A stretch of 63,990 nt of DNA, filler included, from Catajapyx aquilonaris (GCA_000934665.2; 3 parts of 3 records of this genome joined end to end with filler, not necessarily neighbours in it), one strand, 5' to 3'. Shown: positions 37,659 to 49,697, counted from the first letter of the whole stretch. The notes: a model not told the origin generated them from the sequence alone. Translations and numbers: made by a program.

Positions 37659-38558
37659 CTAATATGGTGTGTATGTCTGCGGTGCCCTCCTCTGCCCTCT
37701 AGTGGAGGATGTTTTACTGCCTCTGATGTTGTGGTTTTGGTGCTTGTGCCTATTCAACAAATGTCTTTTGGGGAAAGCCTGTGTGCAGTCATTACATTCA
37801 AACTTGTTTCGTACATTGTCACACTGATGAGAACGAAGCAGCAAGAGATTCACAAATTCCCCTCGGCATCTTTTGCACTTGAACCGGTGTAGCATGGTCG
37901 TTTCTCGAGTCAGTGCAGGAGAACTGGTCTGACTCACTTGCCATGGCATCATAGATCCAGTAGGTACATTCATCTGCTGTGAGTTTGCTGAAGGTTGTTC
38001 CCTTGGCTGTGAGTTTGCTGAAGCATGTTCCCTTGGCTGTGAGTTTGCTGAAGCTTGTTCCCTTGGCTGTGAGTCTGCTGAAGCTTGTTCCCTTGGCTGT
38101 GAGTCTGCTGAAGCTTGTTCCCTTGGCTGTGAATTGATTATGTGAGGCACTTCCTTCTTTGACAAGGCTTCGTAAACAATCTCCACATCACTATCAGAGT
38201 AAGCATCACTACCATCATGAATGTTGTAGAGGTTAAGCTCCTGAGGGTTGAAGTTGAACATTGCAAATAGGCTGCCCAGTTCTTGCATATCAGCATCCAT
38301 CATATGAGCTTCTCCAGTGCTCAGTAGGTCCACCAGATGATGAACTGTGGCTTTCTTGACATCGGGCAACACTAACGTGTTGCACTCGGGGCTTTCTTGG
38401 AAGATATCTCTGAAGAACGGTATCAAGGTATAGAGAAGCAAGCGGTGGGTTCCAACACTTCCGTCAGAGCAAACGAGTACTAGATCCACACTGCGAGCAT
38501 CAAAAAATCTGCCGCTGTCATACAAAGCATTCTGGAGCAGATAACGATCGCCTTCCAT
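37659..38558 (-). CDS. BTB/POZ-zinc-finger protein (299 aa)
   Basis: SVDLVLVCSDGSVGTHRLLLYTLIPFFRDIF...LVLPDV...LVDLLSTGEA is a BTB motif. C-terminal CKRC..H.C and CNDC..H...H fingers. Acceptor ccttatttcag just upstream of the ATG with an in-frame TGA. Confidence 0.9.
   Translation of the reverse strand: MEGDRYLLQNALYDSGRFFDARSVDLVLVCSDGSVGTHRLLLYTLIPFFRDIFQESPECNTLVLPDVKKATVHHLVDLLSTGEAHMMDADMQELGSLFAMFNFNPQELNLYNIHDGSDAYSDSDVEIVYEALSKKEVPHIINSQPREQASADSQPREQASADSQPREQASANSQPREHASANSQPREQPSANSQQMNVPTGSMMPWQVSQTSSPALTRETTMLHRFKCKRCRGEFVNLLLLRSHQCDNVRNKFECNDCTQAFPKRHLLNRHKHQNHNIRGSKTSSTRGQRRAPQTYTPY
37981..38130 (-). repeat. Coding 30-bp tandem repeat x5 (SQPREQASA[D/N])
   Basis: Five near-identical units gagt(t/c)tgctgaagcttgttcccttggctgt. 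Confidence 0.95.
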
Positions 38559-39139
38559 CTTGGATGGAGATCACCAGTTCTGAAATAAGGTATAAAAAAA
38601 ACTTCATGCAAAATTTATAACGCTACATTACTATAGCTAAAGAGCTATGGCACTAGCTGTGTACACAGATTTTTTTAAATGGTAGGAATGATGGACTCAT
38701 TGTAGTACAGGGTGGACGAGAAGTTTCTCCCCTCTTATGAATGATCACTGATCACTCGTAACTGTTATGGTGACTTGCTTTTAATGACAATGGTGACATC
38801 TTTCCAGCTTTAAAAAAATCGTAGTATGGCCCCATTCTCCAATTTTACATAATTTCATAGAAAATGAGCTCTTATTCTCGATGGTGCACTTTTGTACATA
38901 TGAGTATAAAATCAATCATTCATACTGACAGAAGACATGACAGCAACATTGCATCCTTCTTTGGTGCATGGGACAGTATTTGTGGCAATGTATAGTGTCA
39001 CAGTTAAAAAGAAAAGCCTCCAATGGGCCCCAGAAAGTTCATTGAGAAACTAATAACCTAAACGTTCAGTGAATGACTCGGAATGACTCATGAATGCCAT
39101 ATCTATGCCATTTTCCTCTGAATCTTCATGTGTGCCACT

Positions 39140-39258
39140 TTTTGGGATTTAAAAACTTGACTGCTAAATTTTGACATCTGTCCATGTCCATGTGCTGATA
39201 ATAATCAGTACATGGACAGATATCAAAATTTAGCAGCCAAGTTTTTAAATCTCAAAAA
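39140..39258. repeat. Hairpin/palindrome (probable MITE remnant)
   Basis: tttaaaaacttgactgctaaattttgacatctgtccatgt versus acatggacagatatcaaaatttagcagccaagtttttaaa. Confidence 0.8.
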
Positions 39259-40479
39259 ATCATGGTTAACAAGTAGTATGCAGAGCCATTAACAATCGGT
39301 AACAATGCGAGCCCTTGGCGACCATATAAACAAACTCGCGTATGCATGGACAGCATATGGGGATTCGACATGTCTACGCTTCTGCGGCCGTACGGCCGCA
39401 AAAATGGAGCAATGGACACAAAAATTACACCAAAAAATAGGACATGATCTGGCGCAGGGCACCTTCGTCATCATTTTACCATTTTCGGCCTAGAAGTGAC
39501 CTTTTCATCGAGTTGAAGTGAAAGGAAAATGGCGTTCCCAAGAAGCCCATTTGAATAACATGGCGGCAGGAACGCAACAAAGTCGGGAACGCTTCTGCGC
39601 CCGTATGTCCACAATTTTAATGCAATCATATCGAGTATGGTACCATAGCAAAGGCCAAACCTTTGCGCAGGGCACCTTCGTCGTGATTTTTCCGATTAAT
39701 GGTGCGTTTCGCCACAAAATATAAAATTCCCTCAAAAATGCGCCTACCGTATTTTTACTAATGCGCCCCCTTGACTTGACATTTGCCTAACACTGACATA
39801 AATAAATAATATCCAATGTCCAGAGATGAACACTTATGACTAATGTTTATTACTGATGTTCAGTGAAAACATCAATAATAAACACTTGTCATGAAGAATA
39901 TTGACAGGACATTTCCAAATGTTCACTGAATAGTTGAGTTTTACTATGAGTGGCAAAAGTGCTCTAATGCTAATGTACAGTTTAAAATAGGCTATGCAAA
40001 TATGATGACATCTGCTACTGTATTATTTATTATACAGTACTGGAGCACGGACATCACAGGAAATCCAGTTCAGTCAGTGGAGCCCCTCCTGACACATCGT
40101 CATCATCTTTTTGGCAGCAGTAGTACCAATGAGTAGTAGCCTACTTTCAAGTTCCATCGACTTATTTGTTTTCTTCTCATTTCATGACCTACCGATTTTA
40201 CAATTCTCACTATCTATCAAAGACTGTACAAAACAAAATCTGGGTCAATAAAGCATACAATGCAGCTCCCCATGTAACTACCTCTATAGAAATCCACATA
40301 CTATAGCTTCATTGTTCCCTGTACCTAACCTTGGCAACCGGTTTTATCTTCTGCTCTCATTCTTGGCATAAATAAGCACCCAGCTCCCTATGCTTGCATT
40401 CACTTGAAATCATTGAAAAATACACTGGAAAGGTCACAAGATGTACAGTCCTGGTGTGGCCACTCCAAAGCACCACGTG

Positions 40480-40785
40480 TGTTGTGTATCTTTGAAGTAA
40501 AGGCACTTCCCACCCACTGCTTTGTCTGAATCCCACCACACTCTGGATCACTCACTGTGATAAGCCTGAGCACAAGGAGAGGGCCATGAAGACAAGGTGG
40601 TGTCATATGTCATTTATGTGATAATTTCCAAAGTACACCTGTGTAAATTATGTAGCATATGATAATTCCCAGTGCTCCCTACCTTTCCGCACTCGCCAGA
40701 CTTGTCTAAGTGAGTGATCCAGAATGGGGTGGGATTCAGATGAGGCAGTGGGTGGGAAGTGACTAAACTTCAATTAGATACACAT
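40480..40785. mobile_element. Old MITE with inverted arms
   Basis: cacttcccacccactgc...tctggatcactcact versus agtgagtgatccaga...gcagtgggtgggaagtg. Confidence 0.7.
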
Positions 40786-42749
40786 TACAGTTTCAACTAG
40801 CAAGCCTTTTTTTGATTGATTCAGCAAAGATATGTTTTCATTCACATATGATTACCGAAGTTCTGTGAATTTTACTACGAGGGTGGATCGAATAAGACTG
40901 AGAATGATTTTTTTCCCTGAACTATCAGTTGGTGTGGATCAATGGTCTCATTCAAAGTACAGTAGGTACTCGTTTTACGCCGTTCATTGGTTCCAGCCAA
41001 ACAGTGGCGTAAAGTGAAAAGGGGTAAAACAAGACAAAATTATAATGGAAGTAAATGAGATAGGTTCCAAGATTTCCAAAGTTTTCCTTCAGACAGTACT
41101 TTAACGGCTGTTTTTAATGCGGAGTATTAAACATTTATTATTCGCATTTATTGGGTGGTTCCAGGTTAAGGGTCATCGGGTTCTGAGGCCTCTTTTCCCT
41201 TCTTTGGCAAGAACTGCAGCAGACGTTGGGTATTTAACAGACATCAGGGAGTCCCGAGACCAACGATACGATACTGTATTTAACGATGGACCTCCCCACA
41301 AGGCACCGCGAAAAACAAAAAAGAGCATTTATGGTCACGTGTTTGGACTCAGAAGTGTTGCAGTGATGTGTTTATGTTCAGATTGTGTTGTTATAGTCAA
41401 ATTTGTCACAATTTTTCAATTTAAAAAATTTTCAACTTCATTTTCAAACCAGCGTTAATGTGAAACTGCGTAAAATGAGCACCTACTGTACTCCCCATCC
41501 AATGCACTACTTCAGTTGTTTTTTTCCAATCATTAATCATCTAGAAAAGTGAAAAAAGTTCACACGAGTTCCCCTGTCATTAGTAGGATTGTTTTTGATT
41601 ACTAAAAGTAATGTTGGGTACCCCTTTTTAGTTCACGACGACAAAGTTTTAGTCTTGCTTGTGTGTTTTCTGCCTTTCAGATTTTGCATGCACATTTATT
41701 CTTAATGGTGAATTGCAGGAACCATTTTTTCATAACCTCCTTCAGGATCACCTCAGAATGTTCCAGTGTAAATGCCTCAAATTGGTGTCCTCATAGCTGG
41801 GATTTCAAAGTGAGGGATTTAAATGGGGAAAGTCACGCTTGCGTCTATTAATTCCTTGTAGACATTACTTCCCTGGGTGAACATACATTTTCATGGGAAC
41901 ATGTCATTATGGTAAATCATTCCGAACTACCCATGTTTCCAAATAATTTCCCGGGTCTAGGAACAAGAGGAATGTAAAACTGTCAGTAAAGGCTAGATAT
42001 TTGGGGCGAAGACTCTGTGAATATTTTCAGAGGTACTTAGGGTGTGGCACTGCAATGTAAAGTGCTGCACATTATTAGCAGTCCCTAATGTTTATTTTTA
42101 CGGCATTTGCGGCGCTGGCGTTACCCTGGCAACAAAGGTATCACTGCTGATAAGTCCAGCAATGTACACTTCAGACACCAGTAACTAACTCCAAAAGACC
42201 CGTACATTCCAAATCTGTCAAAACTGTGTCATGGTGCTGCAAATGCAAAAGAACACGAACTTGCACTGTCGCAGCTAAAGAATAAGCTTTCCGTCAGCAG
42301 AACTGCAGCCTGGTGGGGACGCGCCTTGGTAGAACAAAGCCGAAGAAGTCACCGGTGGTCACAGATGAGAACAGCATCAACCTCTTGGTCCGTCTGCCAT
42401 CTTTGATTAATTGTCCTTATTTCGTACAGCCCTCTCCCAATGTTGCCCAATGTTCCATGTTCTTTGTCTGTTCTGATGCGCCGGCTGGTGACAGGAACGT
42501 GAACTACTCCTCCTTAGCTACTTTCAGGAATAGCTGTCTGTCACACTGCTACTGCGATAGCAAATGACTTATCCTGTAGCCATTCGCGTCCTCCTGCATC
42601 CGTGCCCTGCTTGAACAAGAAAGACATTATAGTGAGCCCAACATTGGCATTCATATAAAAATTTGAATTGAATACAGTGCTGGTAAAATCATAAGAAGCA
42701 GAACATTAGCTACAATGTGGCTACAGTGTCTGGTTATAACAGTGGCGTC

Positions 42750-43275
42750 ATATTTGACCCAACGACGCTGGCTTTACCCCCCACTCTTCCCCCACCACCC
42801 TATTTGTCCTCCCCTCAAAACAACGGCGATATTTATCGCATCGGACCCATCGGACCGGCGCGTATCGGACGTTCCGCCATGAAAGAAAAGCATTGAGACA
42901 ATATCGATACATGTGACGCATATCGATACTGGACCTAGGAATATCGGCACCAGATAGGCTCTGATCGGCACCGTCTGCAGGTCTGCACACGTTTGCCCAT
43001 CGCGTTTGCCCGTGCGTTTGCCCGTGCGTTTGCCCGTGCGTTTGCCCGGCGTTCGCCTATTCGCCTCAGGTTCGCCACTTCGCCTCTTCGTCAGCTTTGC
43101 CTCTTCTCTCACGACGTGACGAGCTGTTCCGTATAGACCGCGTTCCGTAGCTGATTCAACTCCGGATAGGATCAGTAGTTCGACTTGTTCTGACATTCTT
43201 TGGAATTGAGGAGCTTTCTGGTGTTCCAACGCGGCCTAATCACACATCCAGGTAAATATGTGCGGGTGTTAAATC
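42750..43275 (+). promoter_or_regulatory. CpG-rich promoter plus first exon, copy 2 (paralogue of 30080-30490); may also drive the BTB gene on -
   Basis: DRE at 42902 and 42921. Identical donor context cacacatccag|gtaaatatgtgcgggtgttaaa at 43251. Aligns with copy 1. Confidence 0.6.
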
Positions 43276-44179
43276 AAAAAAAAGGGGGCCGGTACTTGGG
43301 GATAGAACTGGCCTTTAGAGAACTTCGACTTTGTGGTGTTCAAATCGTAGATTTACTGTGTGCGTTCCATTCGAATATCACGATTTTTGCGCTGCTCGTG
43401 ACCTGGAACTCTTGGTGACAACAAAAATTTTTCTTAAACTTCTCTTGCATGCGCAATATCGCACTCCCAAGTGTCATAACAATTTTTAAATATAGAGGGT
43501 GCAAGAAGAGTTCATTTGATTTTTTTTTTAAATGATTTGTCCTGGAATTACCTTAACTTGAAACGTGGGGCCCTCTTTAGACCCCAAGAAGATTAGTGAG
43601 CATTTTAATGACATTAACTTGCTTTCAACATTTTTTTTGTCGCCCATAATTTTCAGGTATGAAAGAGTTCGTTTGAGGAATGCAGGTGTGGGATTTTTCA
43701 TTTCGAAAAAACTTCAGCATGGTGATATGACTAAGTATACCATGGGGTCCAAAAAGGACCCCACATTTCAAGTTGAGGGTTAAGTGAGCACATTTATTTC
43801 AAATGATCGCACTCTTTGAAGTGTAAGGTGGGCTTAGATGCAACAATTAATGCTTTCCGGGGCGATGCAGTGGCTATTGGATTGACCTCCATCAAAGTTG
43901 CTTTGGTAGCAGTGCATAAGACACCATTTACACAGTATTGCTATGCTACAAGTAGTTAAGTATGCCATTCCCTCTTGGATAGCAATTAAATTGAGTTGGC
44001 TAAACTCACCTTTAGCATGTACAGTGCTGGACATAATAGCCGTCGCTGAATGTTTTTTTTCCGGCAGCGGCGGCGGCGGGGTTACCTGGCAACCCTGTCC
44101 GGCGGGCCAATTCAAACATCAGCCCATGGAGAGCGCTTCCATTGTTGCCACTGTTTACAAATCGAGCGAGTGACGCGGA

Positions 44180-44279
44180 NNNNNNNNNNNNNNNNNNNNN
44201 NNNNNNNNNNNNNNNNNNNNNNNTTAATTAATTAANNNNNNNNNNNNNNNNNNNNNNNNNNNNNNNNNNNNNNNNNNNN
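44180..44279. other. Artificial contig spacer N44-TTAATTAATTAA-N44
   Basis: Same structure as 23574-23673. Confidence 0.97.
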
Positions 44280-44559
44280 GGGGGGGGGGAGGAGACGGTG
44301 GGGAGGTAGGGTATGAGGAGGGTTTTACTCCAGGAATAGTGACTCTCTCTCAGGTCGAGAGAAAAGGCGCAGTTTGGAAGCGGCCGGGATTTCATCTAAT
44401 CGGAATCTTCGCTGCGGGGATAATGCAGCGTAATTCCTGTCCCAAGGCTCCCAGATGATAATAACCCCCACTGGATAAACGTCACATTCAATTATAAAAC
44501 AGGTGTGTTCTATTTTGGCTTACAGTTTTTTTTTGGAAGTTTAATTATGACCAAATAAG

Positions 44560-45200
44560 GCAATGGGAACTGTTAGGTATTGTCACAAATGGCGCCCAGC
44601 GTGTAACCATATCTGTAAGTGTTGTCACTTTAAGGCCCCTGGAGGCTACAGAACCGACTAAACCAATTCGAATTGCCAAAGATGGCAGCTGGAACTGGTT
44701 TGTATTGTCACAAATGGCGCCCAGCGTGTAACCATACGTGTAGGTAGGGCTGTGCTATATCCGAAATTGCATATATCGACTTTCGATACTCAGAAAATAT
44801 CGAATCGAAGTCGATATATCGAAATTCGAAAAACCGACATCGAAAAATATCGAAAACCGACATCGACAAATCGCGATATTCGATACATTGTACATGCCAA
44901 GCGTCCGATATCGCAACTTCGATATTAGGAAAATATCGTGTCGACAGTCGATGTATCGAAATATTTCACAGCCCTACCTGTAGGTGTCACTTTAAAGTCC
45001 ATATAGGTCTAGGCACCTTACATATAGGCTATACAACCGCTTGAAGTCTTGGTTAGGCCCCTATATGCTATATAACCGACTAAACCGACTCTAATGGTCA
45101 AAGATGGCACCTGAGACTATTTTGTATTGTAACAAATGGCGCCCAACGTGTAACCATACCTGTAGGTGTCACTTTAAGGCCACTGTAGGCTATATAATCG
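44560..45200. repeat. Degenerate tandem repeat (about 125-bp unit, 3 copies) interrupted by a hAT MITE
   Basis: gtattgtcacaaatggcgcccagcgtgtaaccata at about 44577, 44702 and 45124. Confidence 0.8.
44745..44976. mobile_element. hAT MITE rich in TCGA/ATCG
   Basis: TIR tagggctgtg / cacagcccta; TSD cgtgtagg / cctgtagg. Confidence 0.9.
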
Positions 45201-45911
45201 ACTTGAAATCAATCGAAAATCCACGGCAGGTACCCTCTCTTTTGACACCTGAAATGGATGCGGCTGCCAGGTTTTCCTGCTATAAGCAATGGGAAAACCC
45301 TGTAGTTGCTGATCGCTTCCGAGCGCACAACAGGGCATTAATTGAGACCCCCCTAGGAAACAGTGGGGGTACAAGTGCCAATGAAGTCATTGTTACAAAG
45401 TAGTGGAGTCAAAGGGGGACAATGGATTTGGCAGCGCCATCTATCACTCGAGAAGGGTGAGAGGGTGGGAGGAGTGTCAGGAAGGCCGGAGAGACCACTA
45501 ATGCAACCGATATTACCAACCTGCAGGGCATAAAGGCAGCGGCTTATGTAAGTGATCGCACGTGCAGCGTTGGGACCAGAATCATAATGTACTTTGGCTC
45601 CCCCAATCCCGCCTCAAACCCGTCTCCATATTGCAAAAGAGAACCGCGGAATCCCGAAATTACCGACGACTCCCAATAGAACCAATAACGCCTCGAATGC
45701 AAGTACCAATAAAACCCATTACTGAAATCTCATAAAACCCCGGACGCCTATACCCGACGTCCCTCCTTATTCCCAGATGCAATAAAATTGGGGACGTTGT
45801 ATAAATCCTGGAACCACTTTACATCCCCAGGTTTTTCCCCAAATGAACTGGCTGATGAACGTGGGGTATCTGGATCCCCGATCCATGGTGCACATGGAGT
45901 AGCCGACTCCG

Positions 45912-46850
45912 GACTAGCTTCAGACTACCGTGAATGTGATGCTGATGCCATCATGCTTTTCTCATGCAGTAGTTTGTCTAAATGTGACAAATATTGGCGG
46001 TTATTGATGGTTTTAAACCGTTATCGACTGTTAAGGAAGGTTGGTGACCGGTAGTGACGGTTGAGAACTGTTATTGACGGTTAGGCACAAGGCGACACGG
46101 TGGTGTAGTGGTTAGCGCCGCAGCCTTCCACCTCTGAGGTCCCGAGTTCTATCCCCGGATCGGACGGAGGATACTTATGTGGATAGAGTTTCGATGGGTT
46201 CTTTCCGTGTTAGCGTCGATTTTCTCGGGGTTCTCCCGTTTCCTCCCGAAATCAAAGTTCATCACAGCGCAGGCAATGATTAAAGGCGGTTCACTAAAAT
46301 ATGATCCCCTAAGAGACCCAAGGATGCCTATCAGGGGTATCCCTTATTATTGACGGTTAGGCACTGTTGAGAACCGTTAGAGAGGGTTAAGGACGGTTGG
46401 TGACAGTTAGTGAGTGATAAGGACGGTTGAGAAGGGTTATTGACTGTTAGACACCGTTGAGAACCGTTAGTGACGGTTTAAAACGACCGTTAAGGACAGT
46501 AGTTATTGACGGTTAGGTAATGTTGGGAACCGTTAGTGACGGTTGCAGACCGCCAAGAACCGTTATTGGCTGTTATTGACAGTTGCGAACGGTTAGTGAC
46601 GGTTATTTACAGTTAGACAGCTATGATACCATAATGCTCTGTCCAGTAGTTTGTCTAAATGTGACGGTTATTGGCAGTTGGAAACTGTTAGTGACTGTTA
46701 AGAACAGTTATTGACGGTTAGACACTGCTGAGAACCGTTAGTGACGGTTGGTGACAGTTGGGGACAGTTATTGGCGGTTATTGACAGTTCCAAACGCTTA
46801 TTGACGGTTAGCATGGACCTGACAAGTCAGAATACCGTATGCCTGCCACT
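45912..46850. repeat. Dispersed element with internal GACGGTTA/AACCGTTA array, copy 1
   Basis: Left flank ctagcttca...ccgtgaatgtgat and right flank ctgccact are shared with 48022-48460. Confidence 0.75.
46089..46346 (+). mobile_element. tRNA-derived SINE with V/Meta-like central domain
   Basis: Head ggtggtgtagtggttagc...gagttctatccc; core gattttctcggggttctcccgtttcctccc; 18-bp TSD ttattgacggttaggcac. Confidence 0.85.
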
Positions 46851-48021
46851 TTTAACGAGCAGGCATTAGGACCCTCTCTCCACATAATGATGACTCGTCA
46901 TGTGATCCTGATGAATGACTCGCTCCATATCTCTGTAACACGAGAATCCGACTCGACAGTGTACGGGCACTCGTTTTATTTCAAGAATCTTTGCAGTAAT
47001 TAATGGAAATGTAGGGGTACGTCGGAACTTGAGCTTCTAGAAGAACATGAGGGGACCGAGATTTTCCCTCTGAGTAATATGCATGTAATTGGAAAGGACT
47101 GGCGTCAGATAGTCCCGGAAAGGCACAAAGAGATGGGGAGGACTAGGGGAGGGTAGGGGCAAGGGGAAGGCTTCATTTCCCTTTGGCAAAACCAACACAG
47201 TCCGGGGCTATGGGAAAACATCTGCTGTTCGTTGCGATGAATAATGTTGCTTTGGAAAGACGGCCGAGTTTCCGAGAGTGGGAGTTGTCTCCTACTTTCC
47301 GGTACATTTCGGAAGCAGTTGCATGGTAGGGATAGGGAGAGACAAATATATGACAGGAGATGCTTCGTTTCCTGTTCCAAAAAACCGTCGGATATAATTT
47401 ACACGCTTCTGGAATTAAAATTATTACTGACATTAGTAGATCTTAATTTTAATGACGTTTCGACTACGTTGTGCTGGGTCAATTTGAATGTCCAAGCTTA
47501 AAAAATGTGGCACACATTTATAAAATTAATCAGGTCGTAAATTTAAGAATAGAGCACATTCCATTTTACATCTGAACACAAAGAAAAGTCGAGAAAATAA
47601 CCCAGGAGTGTAAATCTTCGGGCGTGACTGCAGTTGTAAAGGGTCCCCAACACAATGCGAATATTGTTAACGGCTAAGGCAATTAGGCTTCCAAACGTTT
47701 GCGATAAGGCGGCTCTAATTTATCGACATTTTGTATTCTTTTTAAACAGCACGAACTAACCTCCCAAAAGAAACACTGGAAAGTTAGAAATCCAATGTTC
47801 TTTATCAAGCATTACACTTTCCGATGCACAATAGTGCAGTGTTTTTTGATACCCTGAGGGAAACACCTGCTACCAAAAGTAGTTTTCATACAAGTTGTTT
47901 AGTTAAATTTTCGTTGGAGTATGCCTACAGTGTTTACTAATACATGCCACTTTGGATATACCCATAGATAAACGTCGGGCATTTTCGCGTCTTGATTCAG
48001 GATGTACATGGACTAACCTTA

Positions 48022-48460
48022 GACTAGCTTCACACCGTGAATGTGATACTGTCATGCCATGTCCATGTCATGCCATGCCATATCTCTAAATGTGACGTTA
48101 TTGGCGGTTAAAGACTGTTTGAACCGTTAGTGATGGTTAAGAACAGTTGGTGATGCCTGATGGTAGGTGACCGTTAAGAACCGCTATTGGCGGTTAAAGA
48201 CAGTTTCAACCGTTAGTGACGGTTAATGACGGTTGGTTATGGTAGATGATCGTTAAGTTCACGATCACCTACCATCACCAAACAACAATAACGGTGTTAA
48301 GAACCGTTATTGGCGGTTATTGACTGTTAAAGACTGTTTTAACCGGTTTTAACCGTTAGTGACTGTTAATGACGGTTGGTGATGGTAAGGTGACCGTTAA
48401 AACCGTTATTGGCGGTTACTGACGGTTAGATATGCTGAAAATTATGGCTTATCTGCCACT
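48022..48460. repeat. Dispersed element with GACGGTTA/AACCGTTA array, copy 2
   Basis: Homologous to 45912-46850. Confidence 0.75.
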
Positions 48461-49612
48461 GCGGTCTACTTTACCACCAATGTTCCAAAAATCCGGATCA
48501 AACTCCACATGAGCCCACTTTAGATTGGGCCAAGCACGACCCGACCAAACTTTTGTTTTGAAGAGCTTCTCTTCACGCACCGTTTATCATCCTTAGATGA
48601 AAGGTCCTTAGGAAGAAGTGGCAACGGCGGCGCTTTAGACCTACCGTTCTTGCACGCCAGCTAGATCTTCAATGAGGCGTGAAGACGCCGTCGCGGATTG
48701 GTGGACTCTGATTTTTTTTTTGTCAATGTGACCACACACCATCGATTTTATAAAATTCTTCAGCTTTCAAAAAAAAAACGGATTAAAGAGCTCCATACAG
48801 TGTTTAATATATTCCAAGTTGAATTATTTGGGACACAATAATCACCACACTCACATTCTTGAACTGTAATAACGTTGCATGTTACAATACCAATATCCGT
48901 CTGTGCGTCCAAGTTCCTTTGAACCACCGTCATACAGTGTTCATTCCATATCAAAATTACTTCCTCCCCAGCAACCCTTGGCATCGCAATTTCCTCTCTA
49001 GAATCACTTAGAATGCACCAACCGTTCTTTTTCCGCTTCCGGAATTGTCAGATCCTCTTTGACCAACTAGAGACTCCAATTTCATATGACATGGACAACC
49101 TGCAGTGTCTATTATCCAAAGGACCCTCACGCACTACTAGGACAAAATAGGACGGGGAAAAAAACACCTATGGTCCTACTCAGATATTCGGGTCCGTGCA
49201 GTGTGGGGTACCATCCTCTAGAGGCTTCCACTCGCAGCCCAGTCCTCTTTTGCAATTCGCCAAAAGCCTCTTTTCCTCTTCCTTTTTACCCTGTTTCCGT
49301 ACCAAACGTACAGTTCCGTTTCCCGGAACGTACCCAAATTGAGTTCACTGAAAAAAGGCCGCGAACAGTGTTTTTCCCTGCTTCTAAGAATAACTTTGTA
49401 AAATATTTAACCATGATTTGAAATAATATTTGTACTTATAATATAACTAGTGCAACGTCCATCGGTGCCGCAATTACATCGTATAAAAAACTAAAAATTA
49501 TAAAAACTAAACAAAAATTCTAAATATTTGGGTATTTAGACTAAAAAAGTGTGGTTTTCGGACTTTTTCCTCAATCAGCGGTACGTAAGGCATACTCTCA
49601 TAATCTGAAAGT

Positions 49613-49697
49613 GTGTAAGGTAAGCTGTGTAAGGTAAGATGTGTAAGGTAAGCCGTGTAAGGTAAGCTGTGTAAGGTAAGCCGTGTAAGGTAATCTG
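49613..49697. repeat. 14-bp minisatellite (GTGTAAGGTAAGCY) x6
   Basis: Direct reading. Confidence 0.92.

Noticed and set aside
42120..42608. Minus-strand segment with a vague NRDE2-like look (GGREWLQDKSF, RIRTDK)
   Set aside because: Stops in all frames and similarity too weak to call by eye; more likely a 5' UTR exon or chance.
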